Source of the DNA: an uncultured bacterium
GTDB lineage: Bacteria > SAR324 > NAC60-12
Assembly (NCBI GenBank): GCA_964010765.1
Contig: CAXGMD010000057.1
Coordinates: forward strand, 1 to 22,508
DNA length: 22,508 nucleotides
Direction of reading: 5' to 3'
Below are positions 8,382-17,038 of this stretch, one piece after another. Position numbers and translations under genes: made by a program. Every line of letters starts with the position of its first letter. Position 1 is the stretch's first letter. The notes under the pieces were generated by a model, which saw nothing but the letters and a program-made list of their open reading frames with translations, ran no database searches and had not been told where the DNA came from.

Positions 8382-8410
8382 GTGTGGCCTCAGAGTTTCT
8401 TGGGCCACAT
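8382..8410. terminator. Hairpin between convergent genes
   Basis: GTGTGGCC...GGCCACAT inverted repeat between the stops at 8369 (+) and 8437 (-); no clear U tract. Confidence 0.5.
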
Positions 8411-8436
8411 ATGGTAGGCGAGTAAATTCACCAACT

Positions 8437-9465
8437 TTAGTCTGGAAGCACCATACGATCTCGATTTTGGAAGGTTTCCATCCAAGCGGGATATTCAACG
8501 GGGAGTGCACTGGCAGAGTCCAGAATCTCCAGTTCTGCTGAAGTCAGAGTGAGATCAGCTGCCTGTAAATTATCCTCAAGCTGCTCCATGGTCTTGGCGC
8601 CAATGATGACACTTGTGATGCCTGGTTGTTGAAGCAACCAAGCTTGAGCAATGCGAGCTACGCTACAATCATGGGCCTCAGCAATTGGTCGCATCACATC
8701 CACTACATTGAACGCATGCTCCCGATCCACGGGTGGAAAATCAAAACTAGTCCGTCGGGCTCCTTCCGGACCATCGCTGTTTCTGTCAAACTTACCACTG
8801 AGCAAACCTCCAGCGAGAGGACTCCAGACCATTACCCCAAGTGATTCTTCGCGGCACATGGGTAAAACCTCACGTTCCAGGTCCCGTCCTGCCAAAGTGT
8901 AGTAGGCTTGCACTGACTCAAATCGACTCCAGCGATTGGCTCTGGCAATCTCATTGGCTTTAGCAATGCGCCAAGCTGCCTGATTGGAAATTCCAATGTA
9001 GCGGACCTTGCCACTTCGCACCAAGTCATCCAAAGCACACAACGTCTCATCAATAGGTGTCAGTGGGTCTAGTCCATGAATTTGGTAGAGATCAATGTGA
9101 TCCAAGCCGAGCCTTCGTAAGGAAGCGTCTACCTCATGATGAATATGGACCCGTGTCAATCCCATGCCATTGATACCAGATCGCATACGTCCCCGAACCT
9201 TGGTGGCAATCACTAGGTCTTCGCGAGAAATGCCGGTATCCCGAATAGCTTGACCCAGTAGCTCTTCACTCCAGCCTTCATGGTAGACATTGGCGGTATC
9301 GATGAAATTAACACCAGCCTCAACCGCACGTTTTAGTTGATCGTTAACTTCGTCCTGACCAACACGCCCAATGGCTTCCCAACGACCTCGACCACCCCAA
9401 GTCATGGTTCCCAGGCAGATCGTTGAAACATGAAGACCTGTTCGGCCCAAAGGACGATATTCCAT
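8437..9465 (-). CDS. Aldo/keto reductase
   Basis: LGRTGL.VS.ICLGTMTWG, FIDTANVY (catalytic D/Y), ATK, LYQIH, GKVRYIGISN, WSPLAGG, IIGAK; AAGGAG RBS. Confidence 0.95.
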   Translation of the reverse strand: MEYRPLGRTGLHVSTICLGTMTWGGRGRWEAIGRVGQDEVNDQLKRAVEAGVNFIDTANVYHEGWSEELLGQAIRDTGISREDLVIATKVRGRMRSGINGMGLTRVHIHHEVDASLRRLGLDHIDLYQIHGLDPLTPIDETLCALDDLVRSGKVRYIGISNQAAWRIAKANEIARANRWSRFESVQAYYTLAGRDLEREVLPMCREESLGVMVWSPLAGGLLSGKFDRNSDGPEGARRTSFDFPPVDREHAFNVVDVMRPIAEAHDCSVARIAQAWLLQQPGITSVIIGAKTMEQLEDNLQAADLTLTSAELEILDSASALPVEYPAWMETFQNRDRMVLPD

Positions 9466-9541
9466 TTGATGACTCCTTTCAAAGGATGTTGTGGATGCCT
9501 TGCTTCAGCGCTGAGTCAATTTTTGAGATCAAATATTCTGA

Positions 9542-10021
9542 TTAGCGATTGCTCAGCACACAACCACTATACTCCGCAGCACCATTTGGGAGAATAGTGT
9601 TGCAGAGTTTGGCCCCGAGCATTAGCGCCCCAGTGAGTTTTGCTCTTTCCAAGTTGGCACCATCAAAGTTTGCCCCTTGAAGATTGGCACCTTGTAAATC
9701 AGCTCCACGTAGATCGGCTCCCTGAAAATTTGCATTCTGCAGATCGGCTCCCATCAGCTTGGCACCTTGCAAATAACTCTTCTGAAAGTTCACTCGTTGG
9801 AGGAAAGCAATCTGCAAATCCACATCCCATAGGTTTGCGCGCTGCAGGTTGCTATCAACCAGCACGGCACCCTTCAGATTCTCATTTCTCAAATTCAGGT
9901 CTGAAAGATCACATTCCAGGCAGCGTTTGGTCTGCATCAACCGATCAAAGTGCGCCTGATTGAAGGCCCAGGCTATCGTACCTAGCCAAAAGCTAAGGAA
10001 AACAAGGATTGTCCTTTTCAT
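9542..10021 (-). CDS. Secreted pentapeptide-repeat protein
   Basis: Signal peptide ending AWA; CLEC then A(D/N)LxG repeats; C-terminal LCNTILPNG...C. Confidence 0.92.
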   Translation of the reverse strand: MKRTILVFLSFWLGTIAWAFNQAHFDRLMQTKRCLECDLSDLNLRNENLKGAVLVDSNLQRANLWDVDLQIAFLQRVNFQKSYLQGAKLMGADLQNANFQGADLRGADLQGANLQGANFDGANLERAKLTGALMLGAKLCNTILPNGAAEYSGCVLSNR

Positions 10022-10163
10022 GAGGTGTCCTGTTGAATGGATAAATTGTTGGATTGCACCGCGTCAGAAATCCACGCTTTTAGTTCTACGGTAAGCGAGC
10101 AAAGAACAAACCGATCTCCCCCGGAATGGCAGAGCAATGCTGATTTTAAGATCAGTAATCCTT

Positions 10164-11249
10164 TCAAGCTTCAGGCATCTGGTAACTGGGAGTAGACTTT
10201 GAAAGAGCCTCCTCCTCCTCCGTCATATCTTCGCTGATCCCTTCAAAAAGTGGAGACGAGAGATACCGCTCTCCAGTATCTGCTAGCATGCAGAGAATGA
10301 CAGATCCAGGCTCTGCTTGCTGAGCAATCTGAATCGCAACGGCAAAAGATGAACCGCCCGAAATCCCAGTGAAGATTCCCTCCTGGGCAGCTAGCTTACG
10401 AGACCATTCAATGCCTGCTGCCCCAGCAACAGGAATCAATTCATCAAACAGTTTATTATCGATCGATTCTTGTAGTACCAGTGGGATGAAGTCTGGTGTC
10501 CAACCTTGGATTGGATGTGGTTCAAAGTGAGGGTGACTCACAGCAGGAGAACCATCTGCTTCACGTTGTTGAACATGCCCACTACCAACAATCTGAGCGT
10601 TGGCCGGCTCACTGAGGATGATTTTTGTTTCTGGACGTTCCCGGCGCAGTACCCGAGCAACACCAGTGACCGTTCCACCGGTACCATACCCAGTGACCCA
10701 ATAGTCCAGGCGCTCTCCAACAAAATCAGCCATGATCTCTTGGGCCGTCGTATTTTCATGGATATCAGCGTTGTCCTTGGTCTCAAACTGGTGAGCCAAG
10801 AACCATCCGTTGGCTTCTGCGAGTTCCACTGCTTTCTTGTACATCCCGAAGCCTTTTTGCGCTCTCGGTGTAAGAACAACTTTTGCTCCCAGAAAACGCA
10901 TCAACTTTCGTCTTTCGATTGAGAAGCTATCCGCCATTGTCACTACCAAGGGATAGCCTTTGGCCGCACACACCATCGCAAGGCCAATCCCAGTATTCCC
11001 GCTGGTTGCCTCCACCACAGTCTGTCCTGGCTTCAGCTCACCCCGCTTTTCAGCTTCTTCGATTATACTGATCGCCAAGCGATCCTTAACGGAAGCAGCT
11101 GGATTGAAGGCTTCCGCTTTTACATAGAGCCGCACTCCTTCCGGAGCTAGTTTGTTGATTTGAATACAGGGAGTATTGCCGATCGTGTCAACAATCGAAT
11201 CATAGAGCCGTCCCTGACCGTTAGTACTTCGCTTATTATTAATTGCCAT
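10164..11249 (-). CDS. cysK: Cysteine synthase A (O-acetylserine sulfhydrylase, PLP-dependent)
   Basis: IGNTP, NPAASVKDR (PLP lysine), EATSGNTG, GTGGT, HPIQG, EGIFTGISGG, DTGERYLS. Confidence 0.88.
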   Translation of the reverse strand: MAINNKRSTNGQGRLYDSIVDTIGNTPCIQINKLAPEGVRLYVKAEAFNPAASVKDRLAISIIEEAEKRGELKPGQTVVEATSGNTGIGLAMVCAAKGYPLVVTMADSFSIERRKLMRFLGAKVVLTPRAQKGFGMYKKAVELAEANGWFLAHQFETKDNADIHENTTAQEIMADFVGERLDYWVTGYGTGGTVTGVARVLRRERPETKIILSEPANAQIVGSGHVQQREADGSPAVSHPHFEPHPIQGWTPDFIPLVLQESIDNKLFDELIPVAGAAGIEWSRKLAAQEGIFTGISGGSSFAVAIQIAQQAEPGSVILCMLADTGERYLSSPLFEGISEDMTEEEEALSKSTPSYQMPEA

Positions 11250-11507
11250 GAAATTTTCCCTCTCAATGAAAGTAATGAAGCTTTATTAAGCCAATTTGGT
11301 AACAACAAGACGAACGGGAAGCAAGCACAATTCTTAACACCTCCATGAAAAACCATCTCCTCTGGTGGCAAAAGAAGAACTAGCTGGATTTGGCTGGACT
11401 TTCCGCAGGGCCTCTTCATCTTGGATTTTTCTTCCTGCAAGAAATTTTGCTCCTCCTTTTCACACACCGCGCTTTTACAAATCAGTTGAGTTCGAGTTTT
11501 AGCTCTT

Positions 11508-12869
11508 ATGAACGCTACTCCAATCATTGAGGAAAGCCGAGTATTGCTGCGCATCGGATTACCCGTTGTCATTTCAGGAGTGCTCAACCTCTCCATGCAG
11601 TTTGTTGACACTGTGATGACTGGGCATGCTGGCCCAAATGAACTGGCAGCGGTCGCTTCAGCAAGTGCACTGTTCCATCCGATCTTTTGCCTAGGCATTG
11701 GTGTGATGGTAGCCCTGACCCCAATTGTTGCCCAGCTTGAAGGGGCTGATCGTATCCAAAAAATTGGCCCCAGTGTTCGCCAAGGTGTTTGGATCAGCGT
11801 GCTGCTGGCTTTGCTGAGTATGCTGTTGCTCCCTTATTTGAGTAATTTGTTAATCTGGATGGACTACGAATCCGAGGTTGTCAGAATTACCGAGGGCTAT
11901 TTGAAAGCAGTTATCTGGGGATTACCTGCAGCCTACGCCTTTCTGGCTATCCGCCATAGTCTCGATGGCCTTGGTATCACCCGGCCCTGTATGTACCTGA
12001 CTCTCCTTGGCCTAGGTGTCAATATCATTGGCAACTACACACTGATCTTCGGTAATTTTGGTTTCCCAAAAATGGGAGCTGTGGGGGCTGGATGGACTAC
12101 GACCATTGCGCACTGGGTCATTCTGATTGGAGCACTGATTTATCTAAAAATTAGTCAACGAACTGGAACTATTCGCTTTCTCAGCCGCTTTGATTGGCCC
12201 ATCTGGAGCTATTGGCGAGAGATTTTGAGGATCGGCATTCCAAGTGGGCTCAGTTTTGGGGCAGAAACCTTTATGTTTACCGTGGTAGCTCTGATGATGG
12301 GCAAGTTTGGTGTAACGGCCCTTGCCGCCCACCAAATTTCTATTAACGTAGCAGGACTGACCTTCATGATCCCCTTGGGAATCTCAGCTGCGATCACTCA
12401 GCGTGTAGGAAATGCGGTTGGTCAAAAGAATTGGAAAGAAGTGCGTTTTCGTGGGTGGCTCGGAGTGGGAGTTTGCGTTGTTATCATGGGCCTGACCGCC
12501 AGCATCTTCATCCTATTTCCAGAGTCGATCATCGGGCTCTATACCAGTGATAATGCTGTCACTGATTTAGCAATAAACATCCTTTGGATGGCAGCTTTGT
12601 TTCAACTCTCTGATGGCTTGCAAGTCTCTTCAATGAGCGCCTTGCGAGGACTGAAAGATACCCGTATTCCCCTGCTGACCAATTTGTTCTCTTATTGGCC
12701 TGTGGGGATGGGATTGGCTTATCTCTTTGGATTTGTATGGGAGTGGGGTGTAATCAGTGTCTGGGGTGGTCTGATCGCAGGATTAAGCGTAGCAGCTATC
12801 CTTCATAATCTGAGGTTTTACTTGCTCTCCCAAGTACATATTCCAGAGCCACAGTATGCTCGAACATGA
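11508..12869 (+). CDS. MATE family efflux transporter (NorM-like)
   Basis: FVDTVMTGH, GNFGFPKMGAVGAG, ALAAHQI, FQLSDGLQV...ALRGLKDT; about 12 TM helices. Confidence 0.93.
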   Translation: MNATPIIEESRVLLRIGLPVVISGVLNLSMQFVDTVMTGHAGPNELAAVASASALFHPIFCLGIGVMVALTPIVAQLEGADRIQKIGPSVRQGVWISVLLALLSMLLLPYLSNLLIWMDYESEVVRITEGYLKAVIWGLPAAYAFLAIRHSLDGLGITRPCMYLTLLGLGVNIIGNYTLIFGNFGFPKMGAVGAGWTTTIAHWVILIGALIYLKISQRTGTIRFLSRFDWPIWSYWREILRIGIPSGLSFGAETFMFTVVALMMGKFGVTALAAHQISINVAGLTFMIPLGISAAITQRVGNAVGQKNWKEVRFRGWLGVGVCVVIMGLTASIFILFPESIIGLYTSDNAVTDLAINILWMAALFQLSDGLQVSSMSALRGLKDTRIPLLTNLFSYWPVGMGLAYLFGFVWEWGVISVWGGLIAGLSVAAILHNLRFYLLSQVHIPEPQYART

Positions 12870-12946
12870 GCAAGTCTGCGTCTCTTCACGGACTGCTTGC
12901 TTAGCATTCAATCTATGTGAAGTACCCACATAGATTTCAATCTTGT

Positions 12947-13418
12947 CTAGCCGATCTCAATCCAACCAGAATCTGGATCATTGCCAAAGCAAGAAACACC
13001 TGCCTGCGCAAGATGACTGAACTGGCAAAATCTGCCACGGAAAGGATATTGCCCATTTTCTGGCAACTCTACCTCGATTTGCCAAGCATAAGTCTCATTT
13101 GCACTGAGTACCTTTTCCTCCAACTCGATTACATTTCTCAACTCAAAAGAAGTGTGGGATGCTCGGACCAAGTCCAGACGCAAATTTACTTCACCTTGGC
13201 GGTCATAGATAATATCTGCCTCTAGCACCTCTAATTCTTCTACTCCTTTTGTAATCACATAGACATCCTCGACCTTCAAATCAGCATCACCAACTTTCAC
13301 GGTGATTTCATCACTCATAACCGAAAAACTCTTCACTTGCATTAGCTGATAGATAAACTTCGGCACCACCACCTGTGAGTGTATTTTTCACCGATTTTAA
13401 TTTATCCAAGAAACCCAT
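12947..13418 (-). pseudogene. Frameshifted gene, Spo0M/arrestin-N-like hypothetical protein
   Basis: ATG at 13418 with GAGGA RBS reads MGFLDKLKSVKNTLTGGGAEVYLSANASEEFFGYE* (TGA at 13313-13311); the rest (EITVKVGDADLKVEDVY...FGNDPDSGWIEIG) is in the next frame. Span is 472 nt = 3n+1. Family call is tentative. Confidence 0.65.
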
Positions 13419-13493
13419 GTTGTCCTCGCAGAAAGCAGATTTGAAAAATTCTCAAACAACCAAAGTAAGTATCCTCTAATAACTGTTCCAAAA

Positions 13494-14585
13494 CTAATCT
13501 CCATTTAATGATTTAATCTTAGGATCCATCAATCGGAACCAAACCGGTGGAAGCAATGCTAGAATGACCATCGCCCCATATCCATAGGGAAGTTGAGGTG
13601 CATTTTTACGATGATGCAATAGTTGATACGATCTTCGGGCATAAAGATGATGATCCGAATGCCGCTGCAATTGAAAAAGTAGCAAATTCGTCAGTAAAGC
13701 TGGTGAGTTCCAGGAATGAGCTTCTGTCACTGGTTCGTATCGACCATTGGGTAATTGTTTGCGCTGCAGTCCGTAGTGCTCAATATAGTTGACGATCTCC
13801 AGCAGTACAATCGCAACCAGGCTCTGGCCCAGGAAGCCCAAAGCCCCCCAAGGTCCGTAGTGTGAAGTGATCACAAACAGCATGAACAAAGAGAGTAAAG
13901 ACCAGCCTAATAGTTCGTTCCGCCAGTGCCAAAAAGGGAGTCCTAGCTTCTGCAGTCTTTCTGATTCAAGTTTCCAGGCGCTTTGGAAATTGTGAATTAT
14001 AGCGTGGGGAATTTGCTGATAGACACTGACTCCCATTGGGGCCGAGGAGGTATCTAATGGGGTCGCAACATATTGGTGATGTCCTCTTACATGTTCGATT
14101 TTGAAACTTCCATTGCAGACACTGGCCAGTAGAATTCCACCACAGGCTTGCTCAAATCTGGATTTTTGGTGCACAAGTTCATGACCGACCGTAATGCCAA
14201 CGGTGCTCAACACCACCCCCATTGAAAATATCCAACCCAGACTACCTCATAAGCCCAGACTACCATCTGCAAAAACACCCACACCCCAGAAAATCAGAGC
14301 CAACTGCAATGATACAACTACGACCAGTAGTGCGCTATACCAGAGATTCTCTCCCAGAGAAAAAATGACGTCTCCTTCAGGATTGTTCAGGTCGTTGCCC
14401 ATCAAGCGATCTACAAGGGGAACCAGTCCGAAGATGATCACCAAAGGCAGCCAAGCGAAGATTTCCCAGCCGGTGTTTTCCATGCGATACCAGGCACCAA
14501 TGGGCAGTGCCAATGGTAGAAACCCCAGCAGAAATCCATAGCGTTTCCAGTGCATCCAATTTGGAGAATTCGTCAAGCTAGTCAT
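13494..14585 (-). pseudogene. alkB: Alkane 1-monooxygenase interrupted by one in-frame TGA at 14249-14247
   Basis: The two track ORFs are in the same frame (1092 nt total): ...GSLGL*GSLGWIFSMG...; AlkB motifs HELVH, EHVRGHH, NYIEHYG, LQRHSDHH are intact. Confidence 0.88.
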
Positions 14586-14827
14586 CCAAACTCGATTGGT
14601 TTGGGGAAAAGAGTCTATGTAATTTCCTTTTGACTCCCTTTCCGGTCAAGGGTATGCATCTGTAATCAATTCGGATTATCATGGCAGGAATTCACTGCGG
14701 CTTCAATCGCCACCATCGGAAGGGGACGTGCCGAACCAACTCGAAGCTCCCCCTGCCTCTGTCGTCTCGTGCTATTTTTTGCTTACAATCAATATGCACA
14801 GTTCTCAACTCGATGGAGAATTCAACC

Positions 14828-15538
14828 ATGCACCTACCGTTTTACTCCAGTGGCAAGGCCTTCCTATCAATCTTAGTAGTTTTGCTGACTAGCGCTACTC
14901 TGTATGCCGTGGATTCAAAAGATCTGAAAAAGCTGAAGGGGGGGGAATGCCAAGGCTGTGATCTTAAATTTGCCCAACTCCAAGGACGGGAACTGCTCGG
15001 CGTGAATCTGTTTGAAGCCAATCTTCAGAGGGCGAACCTTGTTGGCAGCAAATTAGCGGGTGCTAGACTTCTCTCAGCGAATCTAGTGGATGCAAAACTA
15101 CGAGAAGCTTCACTGATTCATGCTCAACTAGTCGGTGCAGATTTAGAAGGAGCCGACTTGGATCGGGCAGACCTGTTTGAGGCCAATCTGGAAATTGCTA
15201 ATCTACAGTGGGCCAACCTTGCTGGAGCCTCGTTAGAAAACGCTAATTTGGGTTTGGCTAATCTCTACAAGGCTAATCTTCAGGGAGCCGACCTGCGTGG
15301 TGCAAATCTAACTGGGGCAATGCTTGGTGAAGCAAACCTGAGCAACGCCAATTTGGAGGGTGCTCGCCTAATAGTAGTTAATCTAAGTCGTGCAAATCTA
15401 ACTGGTGCAAATCTCAAAGGCGTTAAGCTCCATGAAGCAATCCTCAGTGGAGCTGATCTGACCGATGTAGAAATGACTGATGCCCAGATCTGTGGAACAC
15501 GTATGCCAGCTGGGAATATGGTTCACAAGGATTGCTGA
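14828..15538 (+). CDS. Secreted pentapeptide-repeat protein
   Basis: Start reassigned to MHLPF (GGAG RBS upstream); signal peptide ending LYA; CQGC, long A(D/N)Lxx array, C-terminal ICGTRMPAG...KDC. Confidence 0.92.
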   Translation: MHLPFYSSGKAFLSILVVLLTSATLYAVDSKDLKKLKGGECQGCDLKFAQLQGRELLGVNLFEANLQRANLVGSKLAGARLLSANLVDAKLREASLIHAQLVGADLEGADLDRADLFEANLEIANLQWANLAGASLENANLGLANLYKANLQGADLRGANLTGAMLGEANLSNANLEGARLIVVNLSRANLTGANLKGVKLHEAILSGADLTDVEMTDAQICGTRMPAGNMVHKDC

Positions 15539-15551
15539 CTAGAGAAGACGG

Positions 15552-15582
15552 CGACCGCTTTTGAAAGTATCAAAAACGATCG
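15552..15582 (-). terminator. Hairpin between convergent pentapeptide and PilZ genes
   Basis: Minus strand CGAUCGUUUUUGA-UACUU-UCAAAAGCGGUCG, 13-bp stem with two G-U pairs. Confidence 0.6.
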
Positions 15583-15618
15583 GGAGGAAGGGATAGAGCT
15601 GAGGTAGGTTGTGCAACT

Positions 15619-16014
15619 CTAGTGATGTTTCTTGTGCTTGTGGATTTCAATCAGTTTTTCAACCCCATGCTCATGGAATAGCGCTCCCCGAAAATCGACA
15701 TTGATGATGTAGTGATCGTTTGATGTGTGATGGGAGCGCACCACTAATGCATGAATAGGTGAGCAGGCGACTAACTCCTCTGTATTGGCCTCTGAGGGAA
15801 TGTAAAAAGTCATACTGATTTTCGCATGAGGACTGCAGTGGCTATTCGCAACCATCTTGCATCCTCCCATGCTGATATCAAGAACCTTCACGACTCCCTC
15901 ATTCTCGTTGTACAGGAGTGTTGCTGGTAGCACGACCGGATAGCGTTTGTGATGCCTTCGACAGTCGCCTCGGTAGTGCTTGCTATCAACAAATCTTACT
16001 TCATGGTTTTGCAT
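15619..16014 (-). CDS. Stand-alone PilZ-domain protein (c-di-GMP receptor)
   Basis: RxxxR (RHHKR) followed by DxSxxG (DISMGG); GAGG RBS. Confidence 0.85.
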   Translation of the reverse strand: MQNHEVRFVDSKHYRGDCRRHHKRYPVVLPATLLYNENEGVVKVLDISMGGCKMVANSHCSPHAKISMTFYIPSEANTEELVACSPIHALVVRSHHTSNDHYIINVDFRGALFHEHGVEKLIEIHKHKKHH

Positions 16015-16333
16015 CTTTTTTTCCTCGGACTATAGCTGTTTAATGGGGGCTTGTCGTACTGCTTAAATTTGCGATATTTTGGATTTTTCTTCAATTACTG
16101 CTGAAAATTGACTCACAACCTCACAATTGTTGGAGTTAAATTATTTTTTTTAACAATCTTGACATGATAGAAGATATTCTTGCCATTGAATCAATAACCG
16201 AGTCAAGTAAATTCGCTCTGTTTGAATTGCCACCAAGTTATTTTTGACCTGAATTTCAACGCAGTTCTTACTTCCGTAGAACAGAATTCACTACCGCAAA
16301 TACGGGGGCAAACAAAACGGTTAGCAATCTAGT

Positions 16334-17038
16334 TCAAGAGGTGGGATCATCGTGACAACCAGCTCGGAGTCGCGATAAATCTGAGGCAGGAACCAAGGTC
16401 TGATAAGCGAAGGCCTCCAACTGTTCAAGAATTTGCTTAGACACCCGCACGCAGTATTGGGGATTTTTTGTCTCGATAGAAACCATGTCCGAGTTAGAAC
16501 GCGTAATCCTCACATCGACTGTCTCCCCAAATTCCATTGAAACCTGATCAATCTCTACACTAGGTTGAGCGTCCTCATTGATGAATAAGGACTGCTCCTC
16601 CCACTGAATTTGTAGTGGATGCTGAATCTGTCGAGCTGTCTGTGCTGTAAATGCTAGAAAGCAGGGCAGACCCGTCATAGACTCAATGACAAGCGAGGAA
16701 ACTCCTAATCCTTCGGGCAATTGTGCAAAATCCATCAGTGCTAATCCACAGCGCAATGGACAAAGTGGGTGATTGTTACCTTTCCAACGCTGAGTAGCTA
16801 GTCTTGGGGCTTGTAGGTCATTCAACAGCATCAAGCTCAACATAAAATCTCCACCGGGCAACCCGAACTTGCTCAACCAAGCAGCAGCCCAGCCAATTTC
16901 CTCCGCATCACTCCAGCAATAACCAGCACCCCGAGCAGCCTTGACTAACAGCTGCTGGAGTTCAGACTGAGCAAACCAAAGGTCACTAGAAGTACAAAAA
17001 CCCTCTGAGACTTGCTGATTTTCAGGAAACATCTGCAT
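16334..17038 (-). CDS. DUF3726-like protein
   Basis: SELQQLLVKAARGAGYCWSDAEEIGWAAAWL, LCPLRCG, and C-terminal LEAFAYQTLVPASDLSRLRAG match my recollection of DUF3726; overlaps upstream gene by 17 nt; start uncertain. Confidence 0.7.
   Translation of the reverse strand: MQMFPENQQVSEGFCTSSDLWFAQSELQQLLVKAARGAGYCWSDAEEIGWAAAWLSKFGLPGGDFMLSLMLLNDLQAPRLATQRWKGNNHPLCPLRCGLALMDFAQLPEGLGVSSLVIESMTGLPCFLAFTAQTARQIQHPLQIQWEEQSLFINEDAQPSVEIDQVSMEFGETVDVRITRSNSDMVSIETKNPQYCVRVSKQILEQLEAFAYQTLVPASDLSRLRAGCHDDPTS

Noticed and set aside
11250..11507. SAM or other riboswitch upstream of cysK
   Set aside because: No SAM-I/II core motifs recognised.
11147..11698. 183-aa minus-strand ORF spanning the cysK-MATE spacer
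   Set aside because: Overlaps both real genes and has no recognisable motif; likely spurious.
14247..14249. TGA in alkB as selenocysteine or genetic-code reassignment
   Set aside because: The position is a non-catalytic membrane segment, no convincing SECIS hairpin follows, and other genes in the window use TGG for Trp and end in TGA.
14681..14827. Long N-terminal extension of the pentapeptide protein
   Set aside because: RBS and signal peptide fit a start at 14828.
16015..16333. c-di-GMP riboswitch upstream of the PilZ gene
   Set aside because: Only short weak hairpins; I could not find the class I or II consensus by eye. An Rfam scan would settle it.
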